Origin: Pseudoxanthomonas sp.
GTDB lineage: Bacteria; Pseudomonadota; Gammaproteobacteria; Xanthomonadales; Xanthomonadaceae
DNA: 64,000 nucleotides
Direction of reading: 5' to 3'
Assembly: GCA_047600885.1 (NCBI GenBank)
Contig: JASGKE010000002.1
Coordinates: 47,233-111,232 of the forward strand
Shown: piece by piece, positions 9,069 to 16,835 of the stretch
Layout of the letters: every line of letters begins with the position of its first letter
How positions within the stretch are numbered: the stretch's first letter is position 1
Made by a program: the position numbers and the translations under genes
Notes under the pieces: generated by a model
What the model saw: the letters and a program-made list of their open reading frames with translations, nothing else
Database searches by the model: none
Told to the model about the DNA's origin: nothing

Positions 9069-9479
9069 ATGTCCAAGACCACCAAACCCGCCGCCGTCGC
9101 CGTCGCGCTGGCCGGCGGCATCCTGCTGGCCGGCTCGAGCTTCGCGATGGAACCGCTGGCGCAGGGTTACCTGCTGGCCGCACCCGAAGCCGCGAAGGCG
9201 GGCGAAGGCAAGTGCGGTGAGGGCAAATGCGGTGAAGGCAAGTGCGGCATGGCCAAGGCCGACACCGACAAGGACGGCAAGGTCTCGCAGACCGAGTTCG
9301 CCGCCGCCCATCCGGACAAGGCGGCCGACTTCGCCGGCATCGACACCAACAAGGACGGCTTCATCGACGCGGCCGAACACAAGGCCCATGCCGGCGCCAA
9401 GGGTGCCGAGGGCAAGTGCGGTGAAGGCAAGTGCGGCGAGGGCAAGTGCGGCGGCGACAAGAAGACCGGCGACAAGTAA
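9069..9479 (+). CDS. hvfA: Secreted EGKCG-repeat / EF-hand precursor protein (HvfA-like RiPP metallophore precursor)
   Basis: 136-aa ORF with a Sec signal (AVALAGGILLAGSSFA|MEP). Residues 46-60 form three consecutive EGKCG units, and residues 114-128 form three more. Two canonical 12-residue EF-hand loops are present, DTDKDGKVSQTE (65-76) and DTNKDGFIDAAE (92-103). The tail is Lys-rich. The gene lies immediately upstream of the DUF692 and DUF2063 genes. Confidence 0.85.
   Translation: MSKTTKPAAVAVALAGGILLAGSSFAMEPLAQGYLLAAPEAAKAGEGKCGEGKCGEGKCGMAKADTDKDGKVSQTEFAAAHPDKAADFAGIDTNKDGFIDAAEHKAHAGAKGAEGKCGEGKCGEGKCGGDKKTGDK
9204..9248 (+). repeat. Coding tandem repeat, 3 x 15 bp (EGKCG block 1)
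   Basis: gaaggcaagtgcggt gagggcaaatgcggt gaaggcaagtgcggc. The units differ only at wobble positions. Confidence 0.95.
9408..9452 (+). repeat. Coding tandem repeat, 3 x 15 bp (EGKCG block 2)
   Basis: gagggcaagtgcggt gaaggcaagtgcggc gagggcaagtgcggc. This is a near-identical direct repeat of block 1, 204 bp away. Confidence 0.95.
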
Positions 9480-9493
9480 GCCCATGGCCTCGG

Positions 9494-9512
9494 GCCCCGG
9501 CTGAGCCGGGGC
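9494..9512 (+). terminator. Intercistronic stem-loop between the precursor and the modification genes
   Basis: gccccggc-tga-gccggggc, a perfect 8-bp GC stem, followed by only tt. It sits 15 nt after the precursor stop and 17 nt before the DUF692 start. Confidence 0.5.
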
Positions 9513-9528
9513 TTGCGGCATCCACCGG

Positions 9529-10380
9529 ATGACCACACCCCTCCCCACCGCATCGGCCGGCCTTGGCCTGCGCCGCGCGCTGCTCGACGATCTGTTGGCG
9601 GCGCCTGCGGGCGCGTTCGATTTCCTCGAATGCGCGCCCGACAACTGGATCGGCGTGGGTGGTCGCTATGGCGACGCGCTGCGCGCGCTCTCGGTGCGGC
9701 ATCCGATCACCTGTCACGGCCTGTCGCTGTCGCTGGGCGGCATGGCGCCGCTGGACGACACCTTCCTCGCACGCACACGCCGGTTCCTCGACCAGTACGA
9801 CGTCGCGTTGTACAGCGAGCACCTCAGCTACTGCGCGGACGACGGCCATCTGTACGACCTGATGCCGATCCCGTTCACCGAGGAAGCGGTCCACCACGTC
9901 GCCGCACGTATCCGCCAGGCGCAGGACGCGCTGGGCCGGCGCATCGCGGTGGAGAACGTCTCCTACTACGCCGCGCCCTACCAGGCGATGGCGGAGGCCG
10001 ATTTCATCGGCGCGGTCCTCGACGAGGCCGACTGCGACCTGTTGCTCGACGTCAACAACATCTTCGTCAACGCCATTAACCACGGTTACGACGCGCGCGC
10101 GTTCCTGGCCCGCATGCCGTCGGCGCGGATCGCCTCGTACCACGTCGCCGGGCACTACGACGAAGCCGACGACCTGAAGGTCGATACGCACGGCGCGCCG
10201 GTGAAGGACGACGTGTGGTCGCTGCTGTCGCTGGCCTACGCCACCCATGGCGTACGGCCGACCCTGCTCGAGCGCGACTTCAACTTCCCGCCGTTGGCCG
10301 AACTGGCCGCGGAAGTGCAGCGCATCCGCGACCTGCAAGCGCCGCATGCCGGCGCGACCGCGCGCGCCACCCATGGCTGA
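9529..10380 (+). CDS. hvfB: DUF692-family multinuclear non-haem iron oxidase (MNIO; MbnB/HvfB/BufB-like)
   Basis: 283-aa ORF with landmarks I recognise from the DUF692 TIM-barrel family: GLGLRRAL near the N-terminus, [39 protein letters not shown] and YHVAGH. Confidence 0.85.
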   Translation: MTTPLPTASAGLGLRRALLDDLLAAPAGAFDFLECAPDNWIGVGGRYGDALRALSVRHPITCHGLSLSLGGMAPLDDTFLARTRRFLDQYDVALYSEHLSYCADDGHLYDLMPIPFTEEAVHHVAARIRQAQDALGRRIAVENVSYYAAPYQAMAEADFIGAVLDEADCDLLLDVNNIFVNAINHGYDARAFLARMPSARIASYHVAGHYDEADDLKVDTHGAPVKDDVWSLLSLAYATHGVRPTLLERDFNFPPLAELAAEVQRIRDLQAPHAGATARATHG

Positions 10381-11134
10381 GCGCCTGCACGACCAGCAGT
10401 TCGCGTTGTCGCGGCACCTGCGCGATCCGTCGGCGAATCCGCCGCCGCCCGGCATCGAGGAACGGCGGCTGGCGATCTATCGCGACCTGTTCTTCAACAA
10501 CATCGAGGGCTTGCTGGCCGGCAATTTCCCGGTGATCCGCAAGACCCTGGGCGACGATGCATGGCGTCGGCTCGTGCGCGACTTCTACGCGAACCACCGC
10601 AGCCACACGCCGCTGTTTCCGGAAGTGGCACGCGAGTTCATCCGCTTCCTCGAGGGTCGCGCGCCCGACCCCGATACGCCGTGGCTGCGCGAGCTCGCGC
10701 ACTACGAATGGGTGGAACTCGCCCTGCAGATCGCCGACGACGCCACACCGGCGCACGACGCCGAGGGCGACCTGCTCGCCGGCATCCCGGTGGTCTCGCC
10801 GTTCGCCTGGGCGCTCGCGTATCAATGGCCCGTGCACCGCATCGGGCCGGACTACCACCCCGACTCTCCGCCGAACGCACCGACCTGCCTGCTGGTACGG
10901 CGTGGCGACGACCAGCAGGTCCACTTCTCCGCCCTCTCGCCCCTCGTCTACCGCTTGATCGAGCTGCTCGGCGAAGGACGGCACACCGGTGCGGACGCGC
11001 TCCGCCAGCTGGCCGACGAAGCGGGCGTCGACGACGCCCCCGCCTTCATCGAACAGGGCACCGCGATGCTGGCGCGCATGCGGCAGGAAGGCACGCTGTT
11101 GGGTACCGACCCAGCAGCACCTCAGAAGCGCTGA
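10373..11134 (+). CDS. hvfC: DUF2063-family partner protein (HvfC/BufC/MbnC-like substrate-recruiting subunit)
   Basis: Internal ATG at 10373 of ORF 10247..11134, overlapping the DUF692 stop by 8 nt (ATGGCTGA). The product [19 protein letters not shown]...[24 protein letters not shown]...[19 protein letters not shown] matches the DUF2063 N-terminal pattern. Confidence 0.8.
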   Translation: MAERLHDQQFALSRHLRDPSANPPPPGIEERRLAIYRDLFFNNIEGLLAGNFPVIRKTLGDDAWRRLVRDFYANHRSHTPLFPEVAREFIRFLEGRAPDPDTPWLRELAHYEWVELALQIADDATPAHDAEGDLLAGIPVVSPFAWALAYQWPVHRIGPDYHPDSPPNAPTCLLVRRGDDQQVHFSALSPLVYRLIELLGEGRHTGADALRQLADEAGVDDAPAFIEQGTAMLARMRQEGTLLGTDPAAPQKR

Positions 11135-11164
11135 CTCGCGGTTGGGTTTCCAGCAAAGGAAGCA

Positions 11165-12178
11165 GTGCCGACCTCTGCTACCCTTCCGCGCATGGAAAAC
11201 ACCGCCGAAACCGCCCCCACCACGCCCATGGCCCGCCGCTTCCGCGGTTACCTGCCCGTGGTGGTCGACGTGGAGACCGGTGGCTTCGACTGGAACCGCC
11301 ACGCCCTGCTCGAACTGGCCGCCGTGCCGCTCGACCTGGACGAGAACGGCTTGCTCGTGCCCGGCACCACGTCCAGCGTGCACCTGCATCCGGCGCCCGG
11401 CCTGGAGATCGATCCCAAGTCGCTGGAAGTCACCGGTATCGACCTGGACCATCCGTTCCGTTTCGCCAAGCACGAGAAGGAGGCGCTGGACCACGTGTTC
11501 GCGCCGGTGCGCGCGGCCGTGAAGAAGCACGGCTGCCAGCGCGCGATCCTGGTGGGCCACAACGCGCACTTCGACCTCAACTTCCTCAATGCCGCGGTGG
11601 CCCGCGTCGGCCACAAACGCAACCCGTTCCATCCTTTCAGCGTGTTCGACACGGTGACGCTGGCGGGCGTGGCCTATGGCCAGACCGTGTTGGCCCGCGC
11701 CGTGGCTGCCGCGGGCTTCAACTGGAATGCGGAAGACGCCCACTCCGCCGTCTACGACGCGGAGCAGACCGCGCGCCTGTTCTGCACGATCGCCAACGCG
11801 TGGCCGCGGCCTGCGGCGACGTCATCGGAGCGTGCCGACGACACTGTCACGCTATACCGCCCCACCGGACCGGAAGAGCTCCAGCTCCTGGTGCAGAGTG
11901 ATTTCAAGCGCTGGCCTCCGCGCTTGCCGGAGCAACCGATCTTCTACCCGGTGACCAACGAGCAGTACGCCGTCGACATCGCGACACAATGGAACATCAA
12001 GGACAGCGGCGTGGGGTACGTCACACGTTTCCAGGTCCGTAAGAGTTTCATGGCGAAGTACCCCATCCAGAAGGTCGGCGGCGACCACCACACCGAATGG
12101 TGGGTGCCGGCGGAAGACCTCGAAGCGCTGAACGACAACATCGTCGGGCCGATCGAAGTGATCGGCGAGTACCGCTAG
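11165..12178 (+). CDS. rnt: Ribonuclease T (DEDDh exonuclease) fused to a ~110-aa C-terminal domain of unknown function
   Basis: The N-terminal ~215 aa contain [27 protein letters not shown] and [14 protein letters not shown] (DEDDh motifs, collinear with E. coli RNase T). The C-terminal segment [109 protein letters not shown] is in the same frame with no stop. The start is uncertain: GTG 11165, ATG 11192 or ATG 11228. Confidence 0.8.
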   Translation: MPTSATLPRMENTAETAPTTPMARRFRGYLPVVVDVETGGFDWNRHALLELAAVPLDLDENGLLVPGTTSSVHLHPAPGLEIDPKSLEVTGIDLDHPFRFAKHEKEALDHVFAPVRAAVKKHGCQRAILVGHNAHFDLNFLNAAVARVGHKRNPFHPFSVFDTVTLAGVAYGQTVLARAVAAAGFNWNAEDAHSAVYDAEQTARLFCTIANAWPRPAATSSERADDTVTLYRPTGPEELQLLVQSDFKRWPPRLPEQPIFYPVTNEQYAVDIATQWNIKDSGVGYVTRFQVRKSFMAKYPIQKVGGDHHTEWWVPAEDLEALNDNIVGPIEVIGEYR

Positions 12179-12195
12179 AGCGAGGAACGGCGATA

Positions 12196-12774
12196 GTGGA
12201 ACGCGCGCTCGGCATCGCCCACCACGCCACCTGGCTCTTCTTCGTCGGCTACTGGATCTGGAGCGCACGCGGCATCAAGACGCCGGTGCGCACGCAATCG
12301 CCGTGGCTCCGCCTGTTCGCCTACTGGTTGCCGTTGGTGCTGGCCGTCGCGCTGCTGGGACCGGGTGAGTGGTTCGGCGACAGCGTGCTGCAGGAGCGCT
12401 TCGTACCCAAGCACGTGACGGTGAAAGCGATGGGGTTGGCGTTGACCGTGGCCGGCATCGCATTCGCCTGCTGGGCGCGCCACCTGCTGGGGCGCAACTG
12501 GAGCAGCGAGGTGCAGATCAAGCAGGACCACCAGCTAATCCAGGCGGGCCCTTACCGGTGGGTGCGCCACCCGATCTACACCGGCTTGTTGCTGGCTTTC
12601 TTCGGCACCGCCCTGAAAGTCGGCGATTGGCGCGGCCTGCTGGCGGTCGCCATCGTCGCAGCGTCATTCTGGTTCAAGCTGCGGCAGGAGGAGCGCTGGC
12701 TGCTCGAACGCTTCGGCGCGCCGTATGCCGACTACATGCGCCGGACGCGCGCACTGCTACCGGGCGTGCTCTGA
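12196..12774 (+). CDS. Isoprenylcysteine carboxyl methyltransferase (ICMT/PEMT) family membrane protein
   Basis: GTG at 12196 within ORF 12097..12774. The product has several TM helices and the family motif GPYRWVRHPIYTGLLLAFFG...EERWLLERFGAPYADY. Confidence 0.75.
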   Translation: MERALGIAHHATWLFFVGYWIWSARGIKTPVRTQSPWLRLFAYWLPLVLAVALLGPGEWFGDSVLQERFVPKHVTVKAMGLALTVAGIAFACWARHLLGRNWSSEVQIKQDHQLIQAGPYRWVRHPIYTGLLLAFFGTALKVGDWRGLLAVAIVAASFWFKLRQEERWLLERFGAPYADYMRRTRALLPGVL

Positions 12775-12789
12775 CGCGCGCGTACGTCC

Positions 12790-13290
12790 ATGACGATCAC
12801 CGCCATCCTCGCCGACATCACCACCCTGGACGTCGACGCCATCGTCAACGCGGCGAACTCCTCGCTGCTCGGCGGCGGTGGCGTCGATGGCGCGATCCAT
12901 CGTGCCGCAGGCCCCGATCTCGTGCACGAATGCCGGCTGCTCGGCGGCTGCAAGACCGGTGAGGCGAAGATCACCAAGGGATATCGCCTACCGGCGCGCC
13001 ATGTGATCCACACCGTCGGCCCGGTATGGCGTGGCGGCGACCAGGGTGAGCCGGATCTGCTCGTCGCGTGTTACCGCAACAGCCTGGCGCTGGCGGAGAA
13101 GCACGGCCTGCGCAGCATCGCCTTTCCCTGCATCAGCACCGGCATCTTCAGCTATCCCGCGGAGGCGGCCGCGCGCGCCGCGGTCGATACGGTCCGCGAC
13201 GTGCTGTCTGGATCGGCGGCGCCGCCCGACGTGGTGTTCTGCTGCTTCTCTTCGGACGACCTGGCCCACTACCGCGCCTTGCTCGCCTGA
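12790..13290 (+). CDS. Macro-domain protein (O-acetyl-ADP-ribose deacetylase / ADP-ribose hydrolase, YmdB-like)
   Basis: [34 protein letters not shown] ... [14 protein letters not shown] are classic macrodomain motifs. Confidence 0.9.
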   Translation: MTITAILADITTLDVDAIVNAANSSLLGGGGVDGAIHRAAGPDLVHECRLLGGCKTGEAKITKGYRLPARHVIHTVGPVWRGGDQGEPDLLVACYRNSLALAEKHGLRSIAFPCISTGIFSYPAEAAARAAVDTVRDVLSGSAAPPDVVFCCFSSDDLAHYRALLA

Positions 13291-13291
13291 G

Positions 13292-14182
13292 CTACGCCTC
13301 GCCGTTGGCCGCGGTCTGCACCGGGGAACGCGAGGTCATCGCCGCACCACCGGACGCGACGATGATCGCGGCGATCGCGAGCCACTGCAGCACCGACAGG
13401 CGCTCGTGCAGGAACAGCAAACCGCACAGCGCGCCGATCGCCGGTTCCAGACTCATCAGCATGCCGAACGTGCGCGTCGGCAGTTTCGTCAGCGCCACCA
13501 TCTCCAGGCTGTAGGGCAGCGCGGTCGACAGCAAAGCCACGCCGAATGCGATCGGCAGCAGTGCGGGCGAGAGCAAGGCGGTGCCCGCATGCACCACACC
13601 GAACGGCACCGCGACCGCGGCGGCGATGCAGCTACCGAGCGCGACGGTCTGCGGCCCATGGTCGCTGCCGGCTTTCTGCCCGAACACGATGTACAGCGCC
13701 CAACAGGCGCCTGCACCGAGCGCGTAGGCCACGCCGACGGGATCCAGCGCCTGCGTGCCCTGCTCCGGCACCAGCAGCACCAGGCCCAGCACGGCCAGCG
13801 CGACCCAGACCACGTCACGCAGGTGGCGGGAACCGAACAGCGCGACGGCCAGCGGACCGGTGAACTCCAGTGCGATAGCGATGCCCAGCGGCACGGTTTC
13901 CAGCGCCTTGTAGAACATCAGGTTCATCAGGCCCAGCGAGACGCCGTACGCGAGCAACGCGGGCCACTGGTGGCGCTCCACGCGCATGCGCCACGGCCGG
14001 AACACCGCCACCAACATCAGCGTCGCCAGCGCGAGACGCAACGCGGTGGCCCCGGACGCACCGACGGCCGGGAACAAATGCTTGGCCAGCGCGGCGCCGG
14101 ACTGGATGGACACCATCGCCACCAGCAGCAGGGCGATGGGCTGCCACGGCGAGGCGGCATGGGAACGGGACAGGGCTTGCAT
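13292..14182 (-). CDS. rhtA: EamA/DMT-family threonine/homoserine exporter RhtA-like
   Basis: 296-aa protein with 10 TM segments. SIQSGAALAKHLFPAVGASGATALRLALATLML and TVPLGIAIALEFTGPLAVALF closely parallel E. coli RhtA. Confidence 0.8.
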   Translation of the reverse strand: MQALSRSHAASPWQPIALLLVAMVSIQSGAALAKHLFPAVGASGATALRLALATLMLVAVFRPWRMRVERHQWPALLAYGVSLGLMNLMFYKALETVPLGIAIALEFTGPLAVALFGSRHLRDVVWVALAVLGLVLLVPEQGTQALDPVGVAYALGAGACWALYIVFGQKAGSDHGPQTVALGSCIAAAVAVPFGVVHAGTALLSPALLPIAFGVALLSTALPYSLEMVALTKLPTRTFGMLMSLEPAIGALCGLLFLHERLSVLQWLAIAAIIVASGGAAMTSRSPVQTAANGEA

Positions 14183-14230
14183 GACGGAACACCTGCACGG
14201 CGGGGGCGTGCGCTTGTGGGATGAGGGCTT

Positions 14231-14282
14231 TGCGCACTATATTGCGCAACCGAAGCTTAGCTTATGCGCAATATATTGCGCA
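14231..14282. promoter_or_regulatory. Two 18-bp palindromic operator candidates in the rhtA / XRE-cupin divergent region
   Basis: TGCGCACTATATTGCGCA (14231-14248, one mismatch from symmetry) and the perfect palindrome TGCGCAATATATTGCGCA (14265-14282). They are 34 bp apart centre to centre, and both are followed by AAC. The second ends 9 bp before the regulator ATG at 14292. Confidence 0.65.
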
Positions 14283-14291
14283 ACCCCTACG

Positions 14292-14828
14292 ATGAGCGTA
14301 CTTGAACACGTGGCCGAGAACGTCCGCCGCCTGCGGACCGCCGCCGGCCTCAGCCAGCAGGCCCTGGCCGAGGCGGCCGACGTCAGTCGGCGGATGCTGG
14401 TGGGTATCGAGTCCGGCGACGCCAATGTCAGCCTGAACACGCTGGACCGGATCGCCGAAGCCTTGCAGGTGAGCTTCGCCGACCTGGTGAAGGCGCCCGC
14501 CAACGACTTGCGGCGCATCGAAGCCCTCGCTTGGCAGGGGCGCACGCCCGGATCGCGGGCGGTGCTGCTCGCCACCGCGCCCGCGTCGCACGATGTCGAA
14601 CTGTGGGCATGGACGCTGATGCCGGGCGACCGCTACACCTGCGGCGCGGATCCGGCCGGCTGGCACGAGATGTTTTTCGTCATCGAAGGGCAACTGGTGG
14701 TGGAGCTGCCCGAGGGCGAACAGACCGTCGATGCCGGCGACTTCTTCGTCTTCCCCAGCGACCGCGACTACGCCTACCGCAACGGCGGCGACACGCCGCT
14801 GCGCTTCATCCGCAACGTCGTGCACTAA
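14292..14828 (+). CDS. XRE-family HTH transcriptional regulator with a C-terminal cupin domain
   Basis: Internal ATG at 14292 of ORF 13986..14828. The HTH reads NVRRLRTAAGLSQQALAEAADVSRRMLVGIESGDANVSLNTLDRIAEAL, and the cupin region reads GWHEMFFVIEGQLVVEL...GDFFVFPSDRDYAYRN. Confidence 0.85.
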   Translation: MSVLEHVAENVRRLRTAAGLSQQALAEAADVSRRMLVGIESGDANVSLNTLDRIAEALQVSFADLVKAPANDLRRIEALAWQGRTPGSRAVLLATAPASHDVELWAWTLMPGDRYTCGADPAGWHEMFFVIEGQLVVELPEGEQTVDAGDFFVFPSDRDYAYRNGGDTPLRFIRNVVH

Positions 14829-14840
14829 ATCTTTTGCGGC

Positions 14841-16031
14841 CTACTTCGCCGGCGGCGTGATGCCGTGGCGACGCAAGACGGCGCGCACGCGATCCAGCGG
14901 GATCGCCTCGACGGTCTGGCCGTTCCCGCTCACGGTGGTGGCCATGAACAGCGCGTTGTAGATCGCCTCTTCCACCGCGTCCACGCTAGCCTGGAAGACC
15001 GCGCTGGTCTGTTCGTTCGCCAATTCAGTCGTCTCCAGGCGCGGCGCGTCGAAGGCCCGCCGTACGGATTCCGCCGTGGAGAACGCGACGATGTAGTCGC
15101 CGCTGCCGTTGGACGCCGCGCTGCCGGTACGGCCCAATCCCATCATGCCGCGCGAGGCCAGGCGGCGCAGGTTGCGATCGCTCAGCGGCGCATCGGTGGC
15201 GATGACGATGATGATGGAACCGTCGCCGCGATCGTCCGCCGGCCCACGCCCGGCATCGACCTGCGCGACGGCGTTCTGGAAGGCGTAGCGGTCCAGTTCG
15301 CGCCCGACCGGCGCGCCGGAGACCTGCAGCACGCCGCCGAAGTTGGCCTGCACCAGCACGCCCACCGTCCAGCCTCCCAACGCGTCGGGCAGTTTGCGTG
15401 AGGACGTGCCGATGCCGCCCTTCCAGCCGAACGCCACCGTGCCGGTGCCCGCGCCCACGCTGCCTTCGCGCACCGGACCGTCGCTCGCCGTCTCCAGCGC
15501 GCGTCGCACCGCTTCGGCGGTGACTGGCCGCGCGCGGATATCGTTGAGTCCACCGTCGTTGGTCTCGCCGACGACGACATTGAGCGAGCGCACCTGCTGC
15601 ATGTCGGGGCGCTCCAGCATCCACGCCGCCATCGCATCGGCCGCCTTCCACACGCACAGCGTGCAGGTCAGCACGATGGGGGTTTCCAGCTCGCCCAGTT
15701 CGTTCACCTGCGTGCTGCCGATGAACTTGCCGAAGCCGTTGCCGACATGCACCGCCGCGGGCACGCGCGAGCGGTACGCATTGCCCGGATGCGGCAGGAT
15801 GGCGGTGACGCCGGTGCGCACGGTATCGCCTTCCACTAGGGTCACCTGCCCCACGCGGACGCCGGCGACATCGGTGATGGCGTTGTGCGTGCCGGGGGCG
15901 AAGATACCCGGCGCCACACCGAGGTCACGCGCGCGTACGCGCGGTGCGTCCTGAGCGGCGGCGGTGACGGACACGACGGCCAGCAGCAGCGCCGCCAGCC
16001 GGTACAGGGAACGGTGCGGCGTGCCGGGCAT
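14841..16031 (-). CDS. DmpA/P1 (S58) family aminopeptidase, secreted
   Basis: Signal peptide followed by GPHNAITDVAGVRVGQ-type context (GTHNAITDVAGVRVGQVTL), GETNDGGLNDI and GAGTGTVAFGWKGGIGTSS, which are typical of the DmpA family. Confidence 0.8.
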   Translation of the reverse strand: MPGTPHRSLYRLAALLLAVVSVTAAAQDAPRVRARDLGVAPGIFAPGTHNAITDVAGVRVGQVTLVEGDTVRTGVTAILPHPGNAYRSRVPAAVHVGNGFGKFIGSTQVNELGELETPIVLTCTLCVWKAADAMAAWMLERPDMQQVRSLNVVVGETNDGGLNDIRARPVTAEAVRRALETASDGPVREGSVGAGTGTVAFGWKGGIGTSSRKLPDALGGWTVGVLVQANFGGVLQVSGAPVGRELDRYAFQNAVAQVDAGRGPADDRGDGSIIIVIATDAPLSDRNLRRLASRGMMGLGRTGSAASNGSGDYIVAFSTAESVRRAFDAPRLETTELANEQTSAVFQASVDAVEEAIYNALFMATTVSGNGQTVEAIPLDRVRAVLRRHGITPPAK

Positions 16032-16040
16032 GCGGAGTCC

Positions 16041-16784
16041 TTATTGGCGTTGGCGGACGGCTTCGAACAGGGTGACGCCGGCGGCGACCGACACGTTGAG
16101 GCTTTCGATCTCGCCCGGCATCGGAATCTTCACCAGGCCGTCGCAGTTCTCGCGCGTCAACCGGCGCAGGCCGTCGGCTTCGCCGCCCAGCACCAGTGCC
16201 ACATTGCCGCGCAGGTCGAGCGAGTACAGCGACGCTTCCGCTTCGCCGGCGAGGCCGTAGATCCACACGCCGAGTTGCTGCAAGTCGCGCAGACAGCGCG
16301 ACAGGTTGGTGACCTGCACCACCGGGATGGTGTCGGCGGCGCCGGCCGAGGTCTTGCGCACGGTGGCATTCACGCCCACCGACTTGTCCTTCGGGATCAC
16401 GACCGCGGTGACGCCGGCCGCTGCGGCGCTGCGCAGGCAGGCGCCAAGGTTGTGCGGGTCCTGCACGCCGTCCAGCACCAGCACCAGTGCCTTGCCTTCG
16501 GCGGCCTCGACCAGGCCCTGCAGCTCGCCTTCGTCCCAGGTCTTCGCCGCGGCATAGCGCGCCGCGACGCCCTGGTGGCGCAACGAACCGGCCACGCCGT
16601 CCAACGCCTGGCCGGTGACCCGGCGCACGTCGATGCCCTTGCGGCGCGCGTTCTCTTCGATCTCGGTCAGGCGCGCGTTCTTGCTGCCGCCTTCGACCAG
16701 CACCTCGCGCACGTTGTCGGCATCGTTCTCGATGGCCGAGGCCACCGCGTTGACGCCGACGATCCACTGGTTCTGCTTGCTCAT
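16041..16784 (-). CDS. rlmB: 23S rRNA (guanosine-2'-O)-methyltransferase RlmB (SpoU/TrmH family)
   Basis: 247-aa ORF containing VLDGVQDPHNLGACLRSA, LVLGGEADGLRRLTRENCD and IPMPGEIESLNVSVAAGV. It sits directly downstream of rnr, as in many proteobacteria. Confidence 0.9.
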   Translation of the reverse strand: MSKQNQWIVGVNAVASAIENDADNVREVLVEGGSKNARLTEIEENARRKGIDVRRVTGQALDGVAGSLRHQGVAARYAAAKTWDEGELQGLVEAAEGKALVLVLDGVQDPHNLGACLRSAAAAGVTAVVIPKDKSVGVNATVRKTSAGAADTIPVVQVTNLSRCLRDLQQLGVWIYGLAGEAEASLYSLDLRGNVALVLGGEADGLRRLTRENCDGLVKIPMPGEIESLNVSVAAGVTLFEAVRQRQ

Positions 16785-16835
16785 GCGCTGTACGGCCGCG
16801 TAGGAAAGGCCGGCATTATCGCACCGACCGGTCGC

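Noticed and set aside
9015-9644. 209-aa minus-strand ORF (and 9167..9553) overlapping the EGKCG-repeat gene, itself showing repeats (PHLPS PHLPS)
   Set aside because: The repeats are simply the reverse-complement reading of the 15-bp units. The + strand product has a signal peptide, canonical EF-hand loops, a good Shine-Dalgarno and the expected genomic context, so the + strand is the coding one.
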